NCBI GenBank assembly: GCA_049668445.1
Contig: JBATJK010000179.1
Location: forward strand, 10,567-74,566
Direction: 5' to 3'
DNA: 64,000 nt
Source: Gemmatimonadota bacterium
Lineage (GTDB): Bacteria > Gemmatimonadota > Gemmatimonadetes > Palauibacterales > Palauibacteraceae
In this document: positions 48,590 through 57,362 of the stretch, one piece after another
How the letters are laid out: every line of letters starts with the position of its first letter
Position numbering within the stretch: position 1 is the first letter of the stretch
Position numbers and translations under genes: made by a program
The notes under the pieces: model-generated
Told to the model about the DNA's origin: nothing
Databases searched by the model: none
What the model saw: the letters and a program-made list of their open reading frames with translations, nothing else

Positions 48590-48937
48590 CTACTCCCCGA
48601 ATACTCCAAACAACGCCAAGCCGAGTGTCCAGACAGCCGAGCCGGCCGTGGCGCCCAGTAGAGGCCCGGTCTGGAACGCCGTCGCCGGCTCACCCCTTTG
48701 CAGGACCGATCCGTCCTCACTCGACAGGTGAGTCGCAGCCACGATCGCCGTGAGGGAACAGACGGCCACCAGGACTAGCAGCTGGCCGGCAGCTCTCAGA
48801 CGAACTGACTCACGTTCACTCGCTAGTTCGAAGGGTACTGCCTACCCCTCCGCCGAGGTTACTCCCAGGATCAGGATGAGGATGATCGCGATGACGATCA
48901 CCGCCAACCAGTGAATCCGGTTCTTCGGATCGAACAC
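48590..48937 (-). pseudogene. Small three-TM membrane protein gene interrupted by an in-frame TAG (31-aa N-terminal ORF + 83-aa in-frame continuation)
   Basis: GTG start at 48937 with GGAGAGGAGG RBS: VFDPKNRIHWLAVIVIAIILILILGVTSAEG-TAG-AVPFELASERESVRLRAAGQLLVLVAVCSLTAIVAATHLS...GPLLGATAGSAVWTLGLALFGVFGE*. The second part has no start codon or RBS of its own. Confidence 0.35.
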
Positions 48938-49081
48938 GCGATACCTCCTCTCCACTTCCGGGCGCGGCGCGTTACGAATTGCAGTCGTTCTCGCGGCCCT
49001 GCCGCCTTCCTGGAGCGCGTCTCCGCAGCGAAGCGAGGACTAGCGCGAAAGGAAGGCGGCAGGTGTCGTGTATGCGTCTGC

Positions 49082-50479
49082 CTACGTGACGTTCGGAGCC
49101 GTCATCTTCGCAAAGTCGATGATCCCGTCGAGCTCCTCGTCGCTCATCAGGTCCATCTCCTGCACGACCTGGCGCAGGGTTTTGTCCTCCTTCAGCGACT
49201 TCTTCGCCACCTCGGCCGCCTTGTCGTACCCGATCACAGGGGCGAGAGCCGTCGACAGCGAGCCGGTCGTCTCGGCGTTCCGTATGCAGCGATCGACGTT
49301 CGCCGTGATGCCCGCCACGCACTTGTCCGCGAAGGTGTGGCTGCCTGTCGAGATGATCTCGATCGACTCGAGCAGGTTGTGAATCATCACGGGGATCATG
49401 ACGTTGAGCTCGAAGTTGCCACGCTCGCCACCGATCGTGATCGCCGCGTCGTTCCCGATGACCTGCGCCGCCACCATGGTCAGCATCTCCGACATGACCG
49501 GATTCACCTTGCCCGGCATGATGGAGGAACCCGGCTGCAGTTCCGGCAGGTTGAGCTCACCGATCCCGGTGCGCGGGCCGCTCGCCAGCCAGCGCAGATC
49601 GTTGGCGATCTTCATCAGGCTGCACGCGACGACCTTGAGCATGCCGCTCATCTCTACCGTGGCATCGCGAGCCGCCTGCGCCTCGAAGTGATTCTCGGCC
49701 TCGCGGAACTTCACCCCCGTAATGGCGCTGATCTTCTCCGCCATGCGGCTGCCGAATTCCGGGTGGGTGTTGATTCCGGTTCCCACGGCCGTGCCGCCGA
49801 TGGCCAGTTCGCGCAGTGAATCGCGCGCTCTCTCCACCCGACCGATCCCGTGCTTGATCTGGCTGGCATACCCGCCGAATTCCTGGCCCAGCCGCATCGG
49901 GGTCGCGTCCTGCAGGTGAGTGCGGCCGGCCTTGTACACTCCGTCGAACTCGTCGGCCTTCGCCGCGAGCGCCCTCTGAAGGTGAGTGAGGGCCGGAATC
50001 AACTCGCCCTCCACCGCGAACAGGGCGGACACGTGCACCGCCGTCGGGATCACGTCGTTGCTCGACTGTCCCATGTTGACGTGATCGTTGGGGTGTACGG
50101 GCTGCTTCGTTCCGACTTCACCGCCCAGGATCAGGTTGGCCCGGTTCGCCAGTACTTCGTTGGCGTTCATGTTGGTGGACGTTCCCGAACCCGTCTGGAA
50201 GATGTCCAGCACGAAGTGGGCATCGAGATCGCCGTCCATCAGTTCCTGCGCGGCCTGTTTGATGGCCCCGGCTCGTTCGGCGTCGAGCAGTCCGAGGTCC
50301 TCGTTCACCTCCGCCGCGGCTCTCTTGATCACTCCCAGCGCATAGAGGAAACGACGGTCGAAACGAAGCCGGCTGATCGGAAAATTCTGTCGCGCTCTCT
50401 CGGTCTGCGCTCCATACAGCATGTCCGCGGGAATGCGGACGGGACCCATTGAGTCCTTTTCCTCCCGATACTGTGACAT
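49082..50479 (-). CDS. fumC: Class II fumarate hydratase (fumarase C); aspartase/fumarase superfamily
   Basis: N-terminus MSQYREEKDSMGPVRIPADMLYGAQTERARQNF, signature GSSIMPGKVNPVMSE; length 465 aa. Aspartate ammonia-lyase cannot be fully excluded from sequence alone. Confidence 0.8.
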   Translation of the reverse strand: MSQYREEKDSMGPVRIPADMLYGAQTERARQNFPISRLRFDRRFLYALGVIKRAAAEVNEDLGLLDAERAGAIKQAAQELMDGDLDAHFVLDIFQTGSGTSTNMNANEVLANRANLILGGEVGTKQPVHPNDHVNMGQSSNDVIPTAVHVSALFAVEGELIPALTHLQRALAAKADEFDGVYKAGRTHLQDATPMRLGQEFGGYASQIKHGIGRVERARDSLRELAIGGTAVGTGINTHPEFGSRMAEKISAITGVKFREAENHFEAQAARDATVEMSGMLKVVACSLMKIANDLRWLASGPRTGIGELNLPELQPGSSIMPGKVNPVMSEMLTMVAAQVIGNDAAITIGGERGNFELNVMIPVMIHNLLESIEIISTGSHTFADKCVAGITANVDRCIRNAETTGSLSTALAPVIGYDKAAEVAKKSLKEDKTLRQVVQEMDLMSDEELDGIIDFAKMTAPNVT

Positions 50480-50504
50480 TATGGCACCCGCCTTTGGTCG
50501 AATC

Positions 50505-51029
50505 TCAGAACTCGAGGCGATCTCCCGGTCCGACCCCGTTCGCCTCGAACCAGCCCTGGTCCATCTCCAGGGCGTACATCATGGGCCCCTGTGAGTAGTA
50601 GTTCTCATCTGACTGGGGCTCCATTTGTTCGATGTTGATGATGACACCGTTCGAATCGATGAACGCGATGTCGAGGGGAATCCGCGTGTTCCGCATCCAG
50701 AACGACCGCACCTGAGCTGCTCCATATACGAAAAGCATGCCATGGTTCTCGGCAAGCGAGTCCCGGTTCATGAGGCCCTTCCCCCGCAACTCCTCGTTGT
50801 CCGCGATCTCTGCGGTCACCTCGACTCCGCCGATGCGGATCTGGGCGGTTCGGACCTCCTGTCCAACGGCGATCGGCACCGGTTGATCCGTCGCGACACC
50901 GTCCGCTCCCGTACCACCCGCCTGTCCACACCCGGCAAGCACGGGAATGGCCAGCAACGCGGAGACCAGCGCGATCCGAAGACTGATTCGCCGCAGCGTG
51001 TGCCGGACGGGAGAAAGAACGTCGATCAT
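50505..51029 (-). CDS. DUF192 (COG1430) domain lipoprotein
   Basis: Lipobox LVSALLAIPVLAGC from the Met at 51029; DUF192 core (GKGLMNRDSLAENHGMLFVY...PLDIAFIDSNGVI). The track ORF N-terminal extension is non-coding. Confidence 0.7.
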   Translation of the reverse strand: MIDVLSPVRHTLRRISLRIALVSALLAIPVLAGCGQAGGTGADGVATDQPVPIAVGQEVRTAQIRIGGVEVTAEIADNEELRGKGLMNRDSLAENHGMLFVYGAAQVRSFWMRNTRIPLDIAFIDSNGVIINIEQMEPQSDENYYSQGPMMYALEMDQGWFEANGVGPGDRLEF

Positions 51030-51136
51030 GATTCGCAGTCCAGGTGAGGTTCGTGTGGAAGCGTCTGTGCATGCCAAGATGCGTCGGCCCGCTCCGGGCG
51101 CAAGCGGATTGAGAACCGGTCTCGGAACCGATACTT

Positions 51137-51152
51137 TCTCAATACGTTGAGA
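51137..51152. promoter_or_regulatory. Perfect 16-bp palindrome TCTCAAtacgTTGAGA in the divergent promoter region upstream of the Fur-family gene
   Basis: Inverted repeat TCTCAA/TTGAGA with a 4-bp spacer, about 75 bp upstream of the Fur-family start. Coordinates approximate (+/-2). Confidence 0.3.
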
Positions 51153-51225
51153 CGACCGTGAGAAGCCCACGCACCGGGTGACCACACGGCTTTCACTCAC
51201 CTCAAATGCCGCGGGCGAGCCGTCC

Positions 51226-51747
51226 ATGTCCAACCCCTCGACCACCGTTTCCACGAGACCGCCGCTCGGGTGCGCGGCCGTGATGATGCAGGTCCTCAGG
51301 GGTGAACTCCGTGAGCGGGAGCTCCCGTTCACGCACCAGCGCGAGGCCATTGCACAGGTCCTGTTCGAGTCCACCCGCCACCTGTCGGCGGACGACGTCG
51401 CGGCGGCCCTTCGGCAACGCGGCGAGCACGCTGGCAAGGCCACGGTGTATCGCACCCTGGCTCTTCTGGTTGAGCTGGGGCTGGCGACGGAGCACGACTT
51501 CGATGAGGGATTCAAGCGGTACGAGACACAAGTCGGAGGTGCACAGCACGACCACCTGATCTGCACCGAGTGCGGTCGGGTCTCGACGTTTCACCACCCC
51601 GAGTTGGACCGAGTCCTCGCCGAGGTCGCCGCCGAGAACGGTTTCGAGACCATTACACGGCAGGTCAAAGTATTCGGAACATGCAGCGAGTCCGCAGCCT
51701 GTCGAGATGCCCAGCGGGCCTTTCGGGAAGCCGGATCCACATCCTGA
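51226..51747 (+). CDS. Fur-family transcriptional regulator (Fur/Zur/PerR)
   Basis: Winged-helix DNA-binding domain (KATVYRTLALLVELGL), metal-binding HDHLICTECG...HHPE and a C-terminal Cys pair. Confidence 0.8.
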   Translation: MSNPSTTVSTRPPLGCAAVMMQVLRGELRERELPFTHQREAIAQVLFESTRHLSADDVAAALRQRGEHAGKATVYRTLALLVELGLATEHDFDEGFKRYETQVGGAQHDHLICTECGRVSTFHHPELDRVLAEVAAENGFETITRQVKVFGTCSESAACRDAQRAFREAGSTS

Positions 51748-51758
51748 CAGAGAGCGAA

Positions 51759-52343
51759 ATGAACGCGCGAGAGAGGCTTCTTCGCCTGTTTGTCGAGCGG
51801 TCGTTCCGGGAAGGCGACTTCGTGCTCGCCTCGGGCCGCCAGAGCCGGTTCTACATCGACTGCCGCACCACGACCATGCACGCCGAAGGCCAGGTGCTCC
51901 TGGGCGAGGTCGGCGCCGATGCCCTCGAGGCCGCCGGGCTGGTACCGGACGTGATCGGAGGGCTGACCATGGGAGCCGACCCCATCGCCTACGCCATCGC
52001 CGGAGAGACCTGGCGACGCGGAAGCCCTATCCACGCTTTCTCCGTTCGGAAGAGGCCCAAGAGGCACGGAACCGGTCAGCGGATCGAAGGATGCTTCGAG
52101 CAGGGTGCGCGGGCCATCGTCGTGGAGGACGTCATCACGACGGGTGGGTCGGCGCTCCAGGCTTGCGAAGCCGTTCGACAGGAAGGCGGCACGGTCCTCG
52201 CGGTACTCGCCGCCGTAGATCGCCTGGAGGGTGGCCGCGAAACGATCGAGGCCGAGGGCCTCACCGTTCACACCTTGTTCGGCGTTGACGAGTTCCAGGC
52301 ATACCTCGCGAACCCGTCCGCGCCCATGGGAATAGACAGCTGA
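51759..52343 (+). CDS. pyrE: Orotate phosphoribosyltransferase
   Basis: PRTase type I fold with PRPP-binding motif VVVEDVITTGGS; length 194 aa; typical PyrE N-terminus. Confidence 0.85.
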   Translation: MNARERLLRLFVERSFREGDFVLASGRQSRFYIDCRTTTMHAEGQVLLGEVGADALEAAGLVPDVIGGLTMGADPIAYAIAGETWRRGSPIHAFSVRKRPKRHGTGQRIEGCFEQGARAIVVEDVITTGGSALQACEAVRQEGGTVLAVLAAVDRLEGGRETIEAEGLTVHTLFGVDEFQAYLANPSAPMGIDS

Positions 52344-53254
52344 TGCTGAAGCACACACTCCTGTTCTTGAGCGAGCGAAACGACTTCAAGAACGTCCTGT
52401 TCAAGCTCCCATTCGCGAGCCACATGTCCGGACGTTTCGTCGCTGGAGACACGTCCGAAGAGGCCCTGGACGTGGCCCGGCAGTTGAACGACAGCGGGTT
52501 CCGGGTCACGCTCGACTTGCTCGGGGAGAGCGTGTCCGATCGTGCCGAAGCCGAGCGAGCGGCAGCCGAGTATGCCGAGAGCCTGGCGGAAATCGACGCC
52601 CACGCGGCGGAGACCACCATCTCTCTGAAGCTGACCCAGCTCGGACTCGATATCGACACCGACTTCTGCTACGAAAATCTCCTGGGAATCGTCCGCCGGG
52701 CCGAGGAGCTGGGCAATTTCGTGCGGATCGACATGGAAGACTCAGAGCACACGCAGACCACGCTCGACGTCTTCTACCGGGTGTTCGAGCAGTACCGGAA
52801 CGTCGGGATCGTCATCCAGTCCTACCTGTACCGGAGCGAAGCCGATATCGCGCACCTGGTCGAACTCGGTGCATCGGTTCGGCTGTGCAAGGGAGCCTAC
52901 AACGAGCCCGCGTCCGTCGCGTTTCAGGAGAAGAGCGAGGTCGACGGCAACTACGTTCGCCTCATGAAGATGCTGCTCGATGGCGGAGTTCCGACGGCGA
53001 TCGCGTCGCACGACGAGAGGATGATCGACGCGACTCTGGAACACGTCTCCCGGAACGGGATACCGGATGATGCGTTCGAGATCCAGATGCTGTATGGCGT
53101 AAGGAGGGACTACCAGAGGCAGCTGGTGGCGAACGGCTTGAACATGCGGATCTACCTGCCCTACGGATCCCAGTGGTACTCGTACTTCATGCGCCGCATG
53201 GCGGAGCGACCGGCGAACCTCCTGTTTGTCATGCGCGCCGCGATCGGCGATTGA
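52343..53254 (+). CDS. Proline dehydrogenase (monofunctional PutA-like)
   Basis: Proline dehydrogenase (PF01619) TIM-barrel motifs (VRIDMEDSEHTQTTLDVF, CKGAYNEP, YLPYGSQW); start overlaps the pyrE stop. Confidence 0.8.
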   Translation: MLKHTLLFLSERNDFKNVLFKLPFASHMSGRFVAGDTSEEALDVARQLNDSGFRVTLDLLGESVSDRAEAERAAAEYAESLAEIDAHAAETTISLKLTQLGLDIDTDFCYENLLGIVRRAEELGNFVRIDMEDSEHTQTTLDVFYRVFEQYRNVGIVIQSYLYRSEADIAHLVELGASVRLCKGAYNEPASVAFQEKSEVDGNYVRLMKMLLDGGVPTAIASHDERMIDATLEHVSRNGIPDDAFEIQMLYGVRRDYQRQLVANGLNMRIYLPYGSQWYSYFMRRMAERPANLLFVMRAAIGD

Positions 53255-53273
53255 CGGCAAGGAGAGATATGAC

Positions 53274-53849
53274 GTGGTGACGTTCACGGATGGAGCGAAG
53301 GCCCATGTAGTGGCCTTTCTCGCGGAGGAGTCGGAACCCCTCGCGGTGCGTATAGAAGTGCTCGATTCGAGCCCGCTGGCCCCGCAATACGACCTGGCGT
53401 TGATCGAGGAGTCCGAAAAGGAAGCCGGCGATCAGGTGTACCAGCAGGGAGGGTTCGAAGTGGTGGTTCCCCGGTCCAGCGTGGACCTCCTGCAGGGGGC
53501 GACGGTCGATTGGGTGGAATCGATTCAGGGCAGCGGCTTCAAGGTCGAGAACCCCAACATCGTGCCGATCGGGGAAGGCCTGGCCGAGGGACCCCTGGCC
53601 GATCGGGTGAAGCAGGTCATCGAGATGCAGGTCAATCCGGCGATCGCCAGCCACGGTGGCAGCGTAACGCTCGTCGAGGTGCGCGACGATGTCGTCTACC
53701 TCGAGATGATGGGTGGATGCCAGGGGTGCGGCATGGCCGCGGTTACGCTCGCCCAGGGTATTCGCAGGATCATCATGGAGAACGTGCCCGATGTGAGAGA
53801 CATCGTGGACGTGACGAACCACGATGCGGGAGCCAATCCCTACTACTGA
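53274..53849 (+). CDS. nfuA: Fe-S cluster biogenesis protein NfuA (HesB/IscA-like N-domain + Nfu C-domain)
   Basis: GTG start after an AAGGAG RBS; N-terminal A-type-carrier-like domain lacking the usual cysteines, as in NfuA; C-terminal Nfu domain with a CxxC motif (GGCQGCGMA); 191 aa like E. coli NfuA. Confidence 0.75.
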   Translation: MVTFTDGAKAHVVAFLAEESEPLAVRIEVLDSSPLAPQYDLALIEESEKEAGDQVYQQGGFEVVVPRSSVDLLQGATVDWVESIQGSGFKVENPNIVPIGEGLAEGPLADRVKQVIEMQVNPAIASHGGSVTLVEVRDDVVYLEMMGGCQGCGMAAVTLAQGIRRIIMENVPDVRDIVDVTNHDAGANPYY

Positions 53850-54004
53850 TCCATAACCGTCAGCCATTTTCGGGGCGTCCACGTTAGCCTTCGTGCCGTA
53901 ACCGCTCAGGGCCGGGAAACAGTCACCTGGTCAACGACTGCCCTCGGGCCTTGTGCGCGATGGTAGATTTACTCCGCCCCTCCTCCATCGACTCAAGGGT
54001 GAAT

Positions 54005-54091
54005 ATGTTTGATGCCGTGTGGATGCCGGTTGTGCTCGTGGTCATCGTGCTCGTCGTAGCGTTCCTGTATTGGCGCAGGCAGTACAACTAG
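54005..54091 (+). CDS. Small hydrophobic peptide (28 aa, single TM) - candidate unannotated small protein
   Basis: MFDAVWMPVVLVVIVLVVAFLYWRRQYN*; GGGTGA 5 nt upstream; below the 60-aa ORF-track cutoff. Confidence 0.3.
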   Translation: MFDAVWMPVVLVVIVLVVAFLYWRRQYN

Positions 54092-54142
54092 CTGTCCCCG
54101 TCGCCTTGAGCGCGATCCTTCGCGGTCGGGTAGATTGCCTCC

Positions 54143-54295
54143 ATGGTTCTCATCAAGATTGCCGCAGCAGTCGCCGCAGTTGTCATCGTGTTCGTCGTCT
54201 GGAGGTCGTGGCCCAAGCACCAGCGGGCCAGTCCGCCCTGGGGCATACGCGAGTACCATCGCCGCATGGACCCCAAACCTCCGCACAAGGGGTAA
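54143..54295 (+). CDS. Small single-TM membrane protein (50 aa), tandem paralog-like partner of 54005..54091
   Basis: MVLIKIAAAVAAVVIVFVVWRSWPKHQRASPPWGIREYHRRMDPKPPHKG*; same TM-then-W-R-basic pattern as the preceding peptide; weak RBS. Confidence 0.3.
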   Translation: MVLIKIAAAVAAVVIVFVVWRSWPKHQRASPPWGIREYHRRMDPKPPHKG

Positions 54296-54387
54296 TCTTC
54301 GGGCGGGCACGGGCGTCAACACACCCGCCAGAGAGCAGCTAGCGGATATGGGCCATTCTCAAAGTTCACTACTGATCGGGCCGACCA

Positions 54388-55518
54388 GTGAAGCGCCGTG
54401 ACTTCGTCTCGACCGCGACCGCGGGGGCCCTGGGGCTGGGCGTCCTCGGCTCCGCGGCGTTTCCCTCATCGATTTCTGGCTGCTTCGCTCCGGCGAGAAC
54501 CGACTTCAGTGGCTGGCTGTGGATCGGACGACGCCCCGAGAAGTCACCTGCGGAGTGGCAAGCCCTGTTCTCACGCCTGCGCGATGCCGGTTTCCGTGGA
54601 ATCCTGGTCGGCGGGGCGTTCGACCCGGCCCTGGCCGACGCGGCCCACTCAGCCGATCTCGAGTACCACCGGTGGATGTGGATCCTGAACCGGGCCGGAG
54701 ACACCTGGGCCCAGGAGAACCACCCGGAGTGGTTCACGGTGAGCCGGAACGGGGATTCGACTCTCGATGTGCCACCCTACGTCGACTATTACCGGTGGGT
54801 CTGCCCCTCCCGGGCCCCGGTCCGCGAGTACCTGAGCGGCGTGATCGACGAGGCCGCCGCCCAACCGGGGCTGGACGGCATTCACCTCGACTACATCCGG
54901 TACCCTGACGTCATCCTTCCACGCGGCCTGTGGGAGAGGTACGACCTTGTGCAGGATCGTGAGCTTCCGGAATACGACTTCTGCTACTGCGACGAATGCC
55001 GTGAGCAGTTCGGGCGCCTGAGCGGACGAGACCCTCTCGAGCTCGACGACCCTCCGTCAGATCCCGACTGGGCACGATTCCGCTGGGACAGCGTCACCCG
55101 AGTCGTGACCGAGCTCTCGGAGGTGACGCACGCGCGCGGACGGTCCATCAGCGCCGCGGTGTTCGCCACGCCTGCGCTGGCCCGGAAGCTGGTGCGCCAG
55201 GCGTGGGACGAATGGCCCGTGGACCGGTTGTTCCCGATGCTGTACCACCCGGCGTACGACCAGGATATTCCGTGGATCGGGCGCAGCGTCGAAGAGGGCC
55301 TTCGCGCCCTGGACGGTTCGGGCACCGAATTGAACGCGGGACTCTACCTCCCGGCTTTGGCCCCCGACGAACTCGCGGAAGCGATCCGCCTGTCCCGCCA
55401 GGCCGGCGGCGCCGGATTCTCCCTGTTCGACATCAATCCGCTGACCGACGATCACATCACCGCCGTCGAAGCCACGATGCGCGAACCGAGGCCGAGCCCG
55501 CTCCAGCCCGCCGGCTGA
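54388..55518 (+). CDS. Tat-secreted glycoside hydrolase-like family 10 (GHL10/YngK-like) protein
   Basis: Twin-arginine motif MKRRDFVSTATAGALGLGVLG; GHL10-type core DGIHLDYIRYPD. Confidence 0.6.
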   Translation: MKRRDFVSTATAGALGLGVLGSAAFPSSISGCFAPARTDFSGWLWIGRRPEKSPAEWQALFSRLRDAGFRGILVGGAFDPALADAAHSADLEYHRWMWILNRAGDTWAQENHPEWFTVSRNGDSTLDVPPYVDYYRWVCPSRAPVREYLSGVIDEAAAQPGLDGIHLDYIRYPDVILPRGLWERYDLVQDRELPEYDFCYCDECREQFGRLSGRDPLELDDPPSDPDWARFRWDSVTRVVTELSEVTHARGRSISAAVFATPALARKLVRQAWDEWPVDRLFPMLYHPAYDQDIPWIGRSVEEGLRALDGSGTELNAGLYLPALAPDELAEAIRLSRQAGGAGFSLFDINPLTDDHITAVEATMREPRPSPLQPAG

Positions 55519-55712
55519 CCCTGCACCACCAATCGGACTCTGCCGACATCCGCCTCGCGGCCTCGTGCTGAGGTTCGTCAGAAGCGGCGGGCGGTGATTC
55601 CTCCCGATCGAGCCTCCGTAGCGCTGTAATGCATGACGCCGTCAGGCCGATGACATTCCGCGAGGACTCGCTCGTGGAGGGAGGAATCACCCCCGTCGCT
55701 GCAGTTTGACGT

Positions 55713-56858
55713 TTATCTCAGGACTGCTGCGATACCGGTCTCCGTCGGAATCTTCGCGCCCGGTAGTACCAGCGCCCTGCCACCGTGCTGGATCGTCACC
55801 TCCGCCAGTTCGTCGAGCAGGTCGACCGCGTCACCGCCCGGATCCGTACCGCCTTCGCCGATGATCTCGATGTCGCCCGACGATCGGTCGAACCGGCCCC
55901 ACACCGTACGTCCCTTCTCCGTCAGCAGAAGCCTGATCCGACCCGCGACCGCGAGTTGGGCGATGGCCGCCAGCTCAGACTCCGTCTTGCCCCGGCCATA
56001 GGATCTTTCCCACAGCTCGAGCGCGATGTCCAGCTTGTCCTCCACGGATTTCTGAGCGATCGGCCAGGCTGCCGCGTGGATTCTGCCCTCGTCCCATCCG
56101 GAAACGTTTCCGACGATGCCCTCGTCGACCAGGTTCTCCAGCTTGCTCACGCTGTGGTAGATCGGATGGTAGTAGTCCACCGCGGCGAGGATGATCGGGC
56201 CGATTTCATCTGCCAGGAGTTCCCGGACGCCCGCGTCCACGGCTCGGAAGAACTTCTCCAGCTCCTGCTTCGTGTCGTCCTTGCCGGCCCCGTGCCCGTG
56301 GAAGACAGGTGCCGAGCCTCGCCCGCGGGGACTGCGGAGATTGAGGCGGTCCACCACCACCTCGGCTCCGAGAGCTTCCTGCAGACTGCCGGGAACCGTG
56401 GCCAGGTCGACCGGTGCCATCTCTGAGATGGAACCCTCCCACAAGCGGACTTCCTTCTGGGTCACGGAGAGGACCCAGAAGCGTTCGGGCGCCTGCAGGA
56501 ACTCGATCAGGGGCCTGGTATGAAAGGTCGGTCCCACGACGACCATGTCGGGCATCTGCACCGGCAGGCGATAGAGGCGTCCGAAGTCGCGGGAAGCAAA
56601 CAGAGCCAGGCCATCGGCCTGGTGGCGCCAGAAGTCCTGGTCTCCAATCAGGGCCTCGAGCGGGGCCAGGACGTCGTCGACACCGTCCGCGCCATCATCC
56701 GAGAGGATTCCCCTCGCCTCGTCGATGGCGGCCCTCAGACGCAGGGGTTGAGCGGCTACCTCGGCTCCCCTGCGGTGAGTTTCCATGTAGATCGAGACGG
56801 CGGGAGCCGTGTCGATCTGAAACAGTTCTTTGAGTTGATCTCTTCCGAAGTAATCCAC
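55713..56858 (-). CDS. Hypothetical protein; possible bacterial eRF1-like (baeRF) family member
   Basis: 381-aa ORF with a coding-like pattern; central region HGHGAGKDDTKQELEKFFRAVD loosely reminiscent of eRF1/Pelota-like domains. Family assignment tentative. Confidence 0.45.
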   Translation of the reverse strand: MDYFGRDQLKELFQIDTAPAVSIYMETHRRGAEVAAQPLRLRAAIDEARGILSDDGADGVDDVLAPLEALIGDQDFWRHQADGLALFASRDFGRLYRLPVQMPDMVVVGPTFHTRPLIEFLQAPERFWVLSVTQKEVRLWEGSISEMAPVDLATVPGSLQEALGAEVVVDRLNLRSPRGRGSAPVFHGHGAGKDDTKQELEKFFRAVDAGVRELLADEIGPIILAAVDYYHPIYHSVSKLENLVDEGIVGNVSGWDEGRIHAAAWPIAQKSVEDKLDIALELWERSYGRGKTESELAAIAQLAVAGRIRLLLTEKGRTVWGRFDRSSGDIEIIGEGGTDPGGDAVDLLDELAEVTIQHGGRALVLPGAKIPTETGIAAVLR

Positions 56859-56938
56859 GAGAACCCTCGCCCTCCTTCCAGGGGAAAGCGGGACCGGGGA
56901 TGACCGCCACGATCACCACCGGCGCCATGGAACGGCGG

Positions 56939-57298
56939 TCAGTCGTCTTGCTCGACCAGTCCGCCGAGAAGCATTCCGACTACGGAAATCACGATTGCGC
57001 CCAGCACCGCGGATCCAAAACCGGCCAGCTGGAACCCCGGCGTGAGCGCGGCCGCCAGGTAGAGCATCGCCCCGTTCACGAATAGATAGAACAGCCCCAG
57101 CGTGAGGATCGTGAGGGGCAGCGTCAGGAGTACCGCGATCGGTTTGAGCGTGGCGTTGATGAGGCCGATGACGATCGCAGCGATGAGAATTGCCTGCGTA
57201 TCCGATGCCTCGATTCCAGGGACCAGCCTCACGGCCACGTACAGGGCCGCCGCGTTGATGAGCCACCTGAGGATGAGTTTCACGTCGTAGCCCCCCAC
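56939..57298 (-). CDS. Phage holin family protein (4-TM, PF04020-like)
   Basis: 119 aa, four TM helices (LILRWLINAAALYVAVRLV...), typical of the mycobacterial 4-TMS holin-like family. Confidence 0.6.
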   Translation of the reverse strand: MGGYDVKLILRWLINAAALYVAVRLVPGIEASDTQAILIAAIVIGLINATLKPIAVLLTLPLTILTLGLFYLFVNGAMLYLAAALTPGFQLAGFGSAVLGAIVISVVGMLLGGLVEQDD

Positions 57299-57362
57299 CC
57301 GATGTGAATGGTCGCGCGGCCGCGGCGACGCCGAGGCGAGGCCGCGCGCATGACCGGAAAAC

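Noticed and set aside
49082-50479. Alternative call of aspartate ammonia-lyase instead of fumarase
   Set aside because: The N-terminal sequence and length fit class II fumarase slightly better, and the neighbourhood has no aspartate-related genes. It cannot be fully excluded without alignment, so fumC confidence was lowered rather than the call changed.
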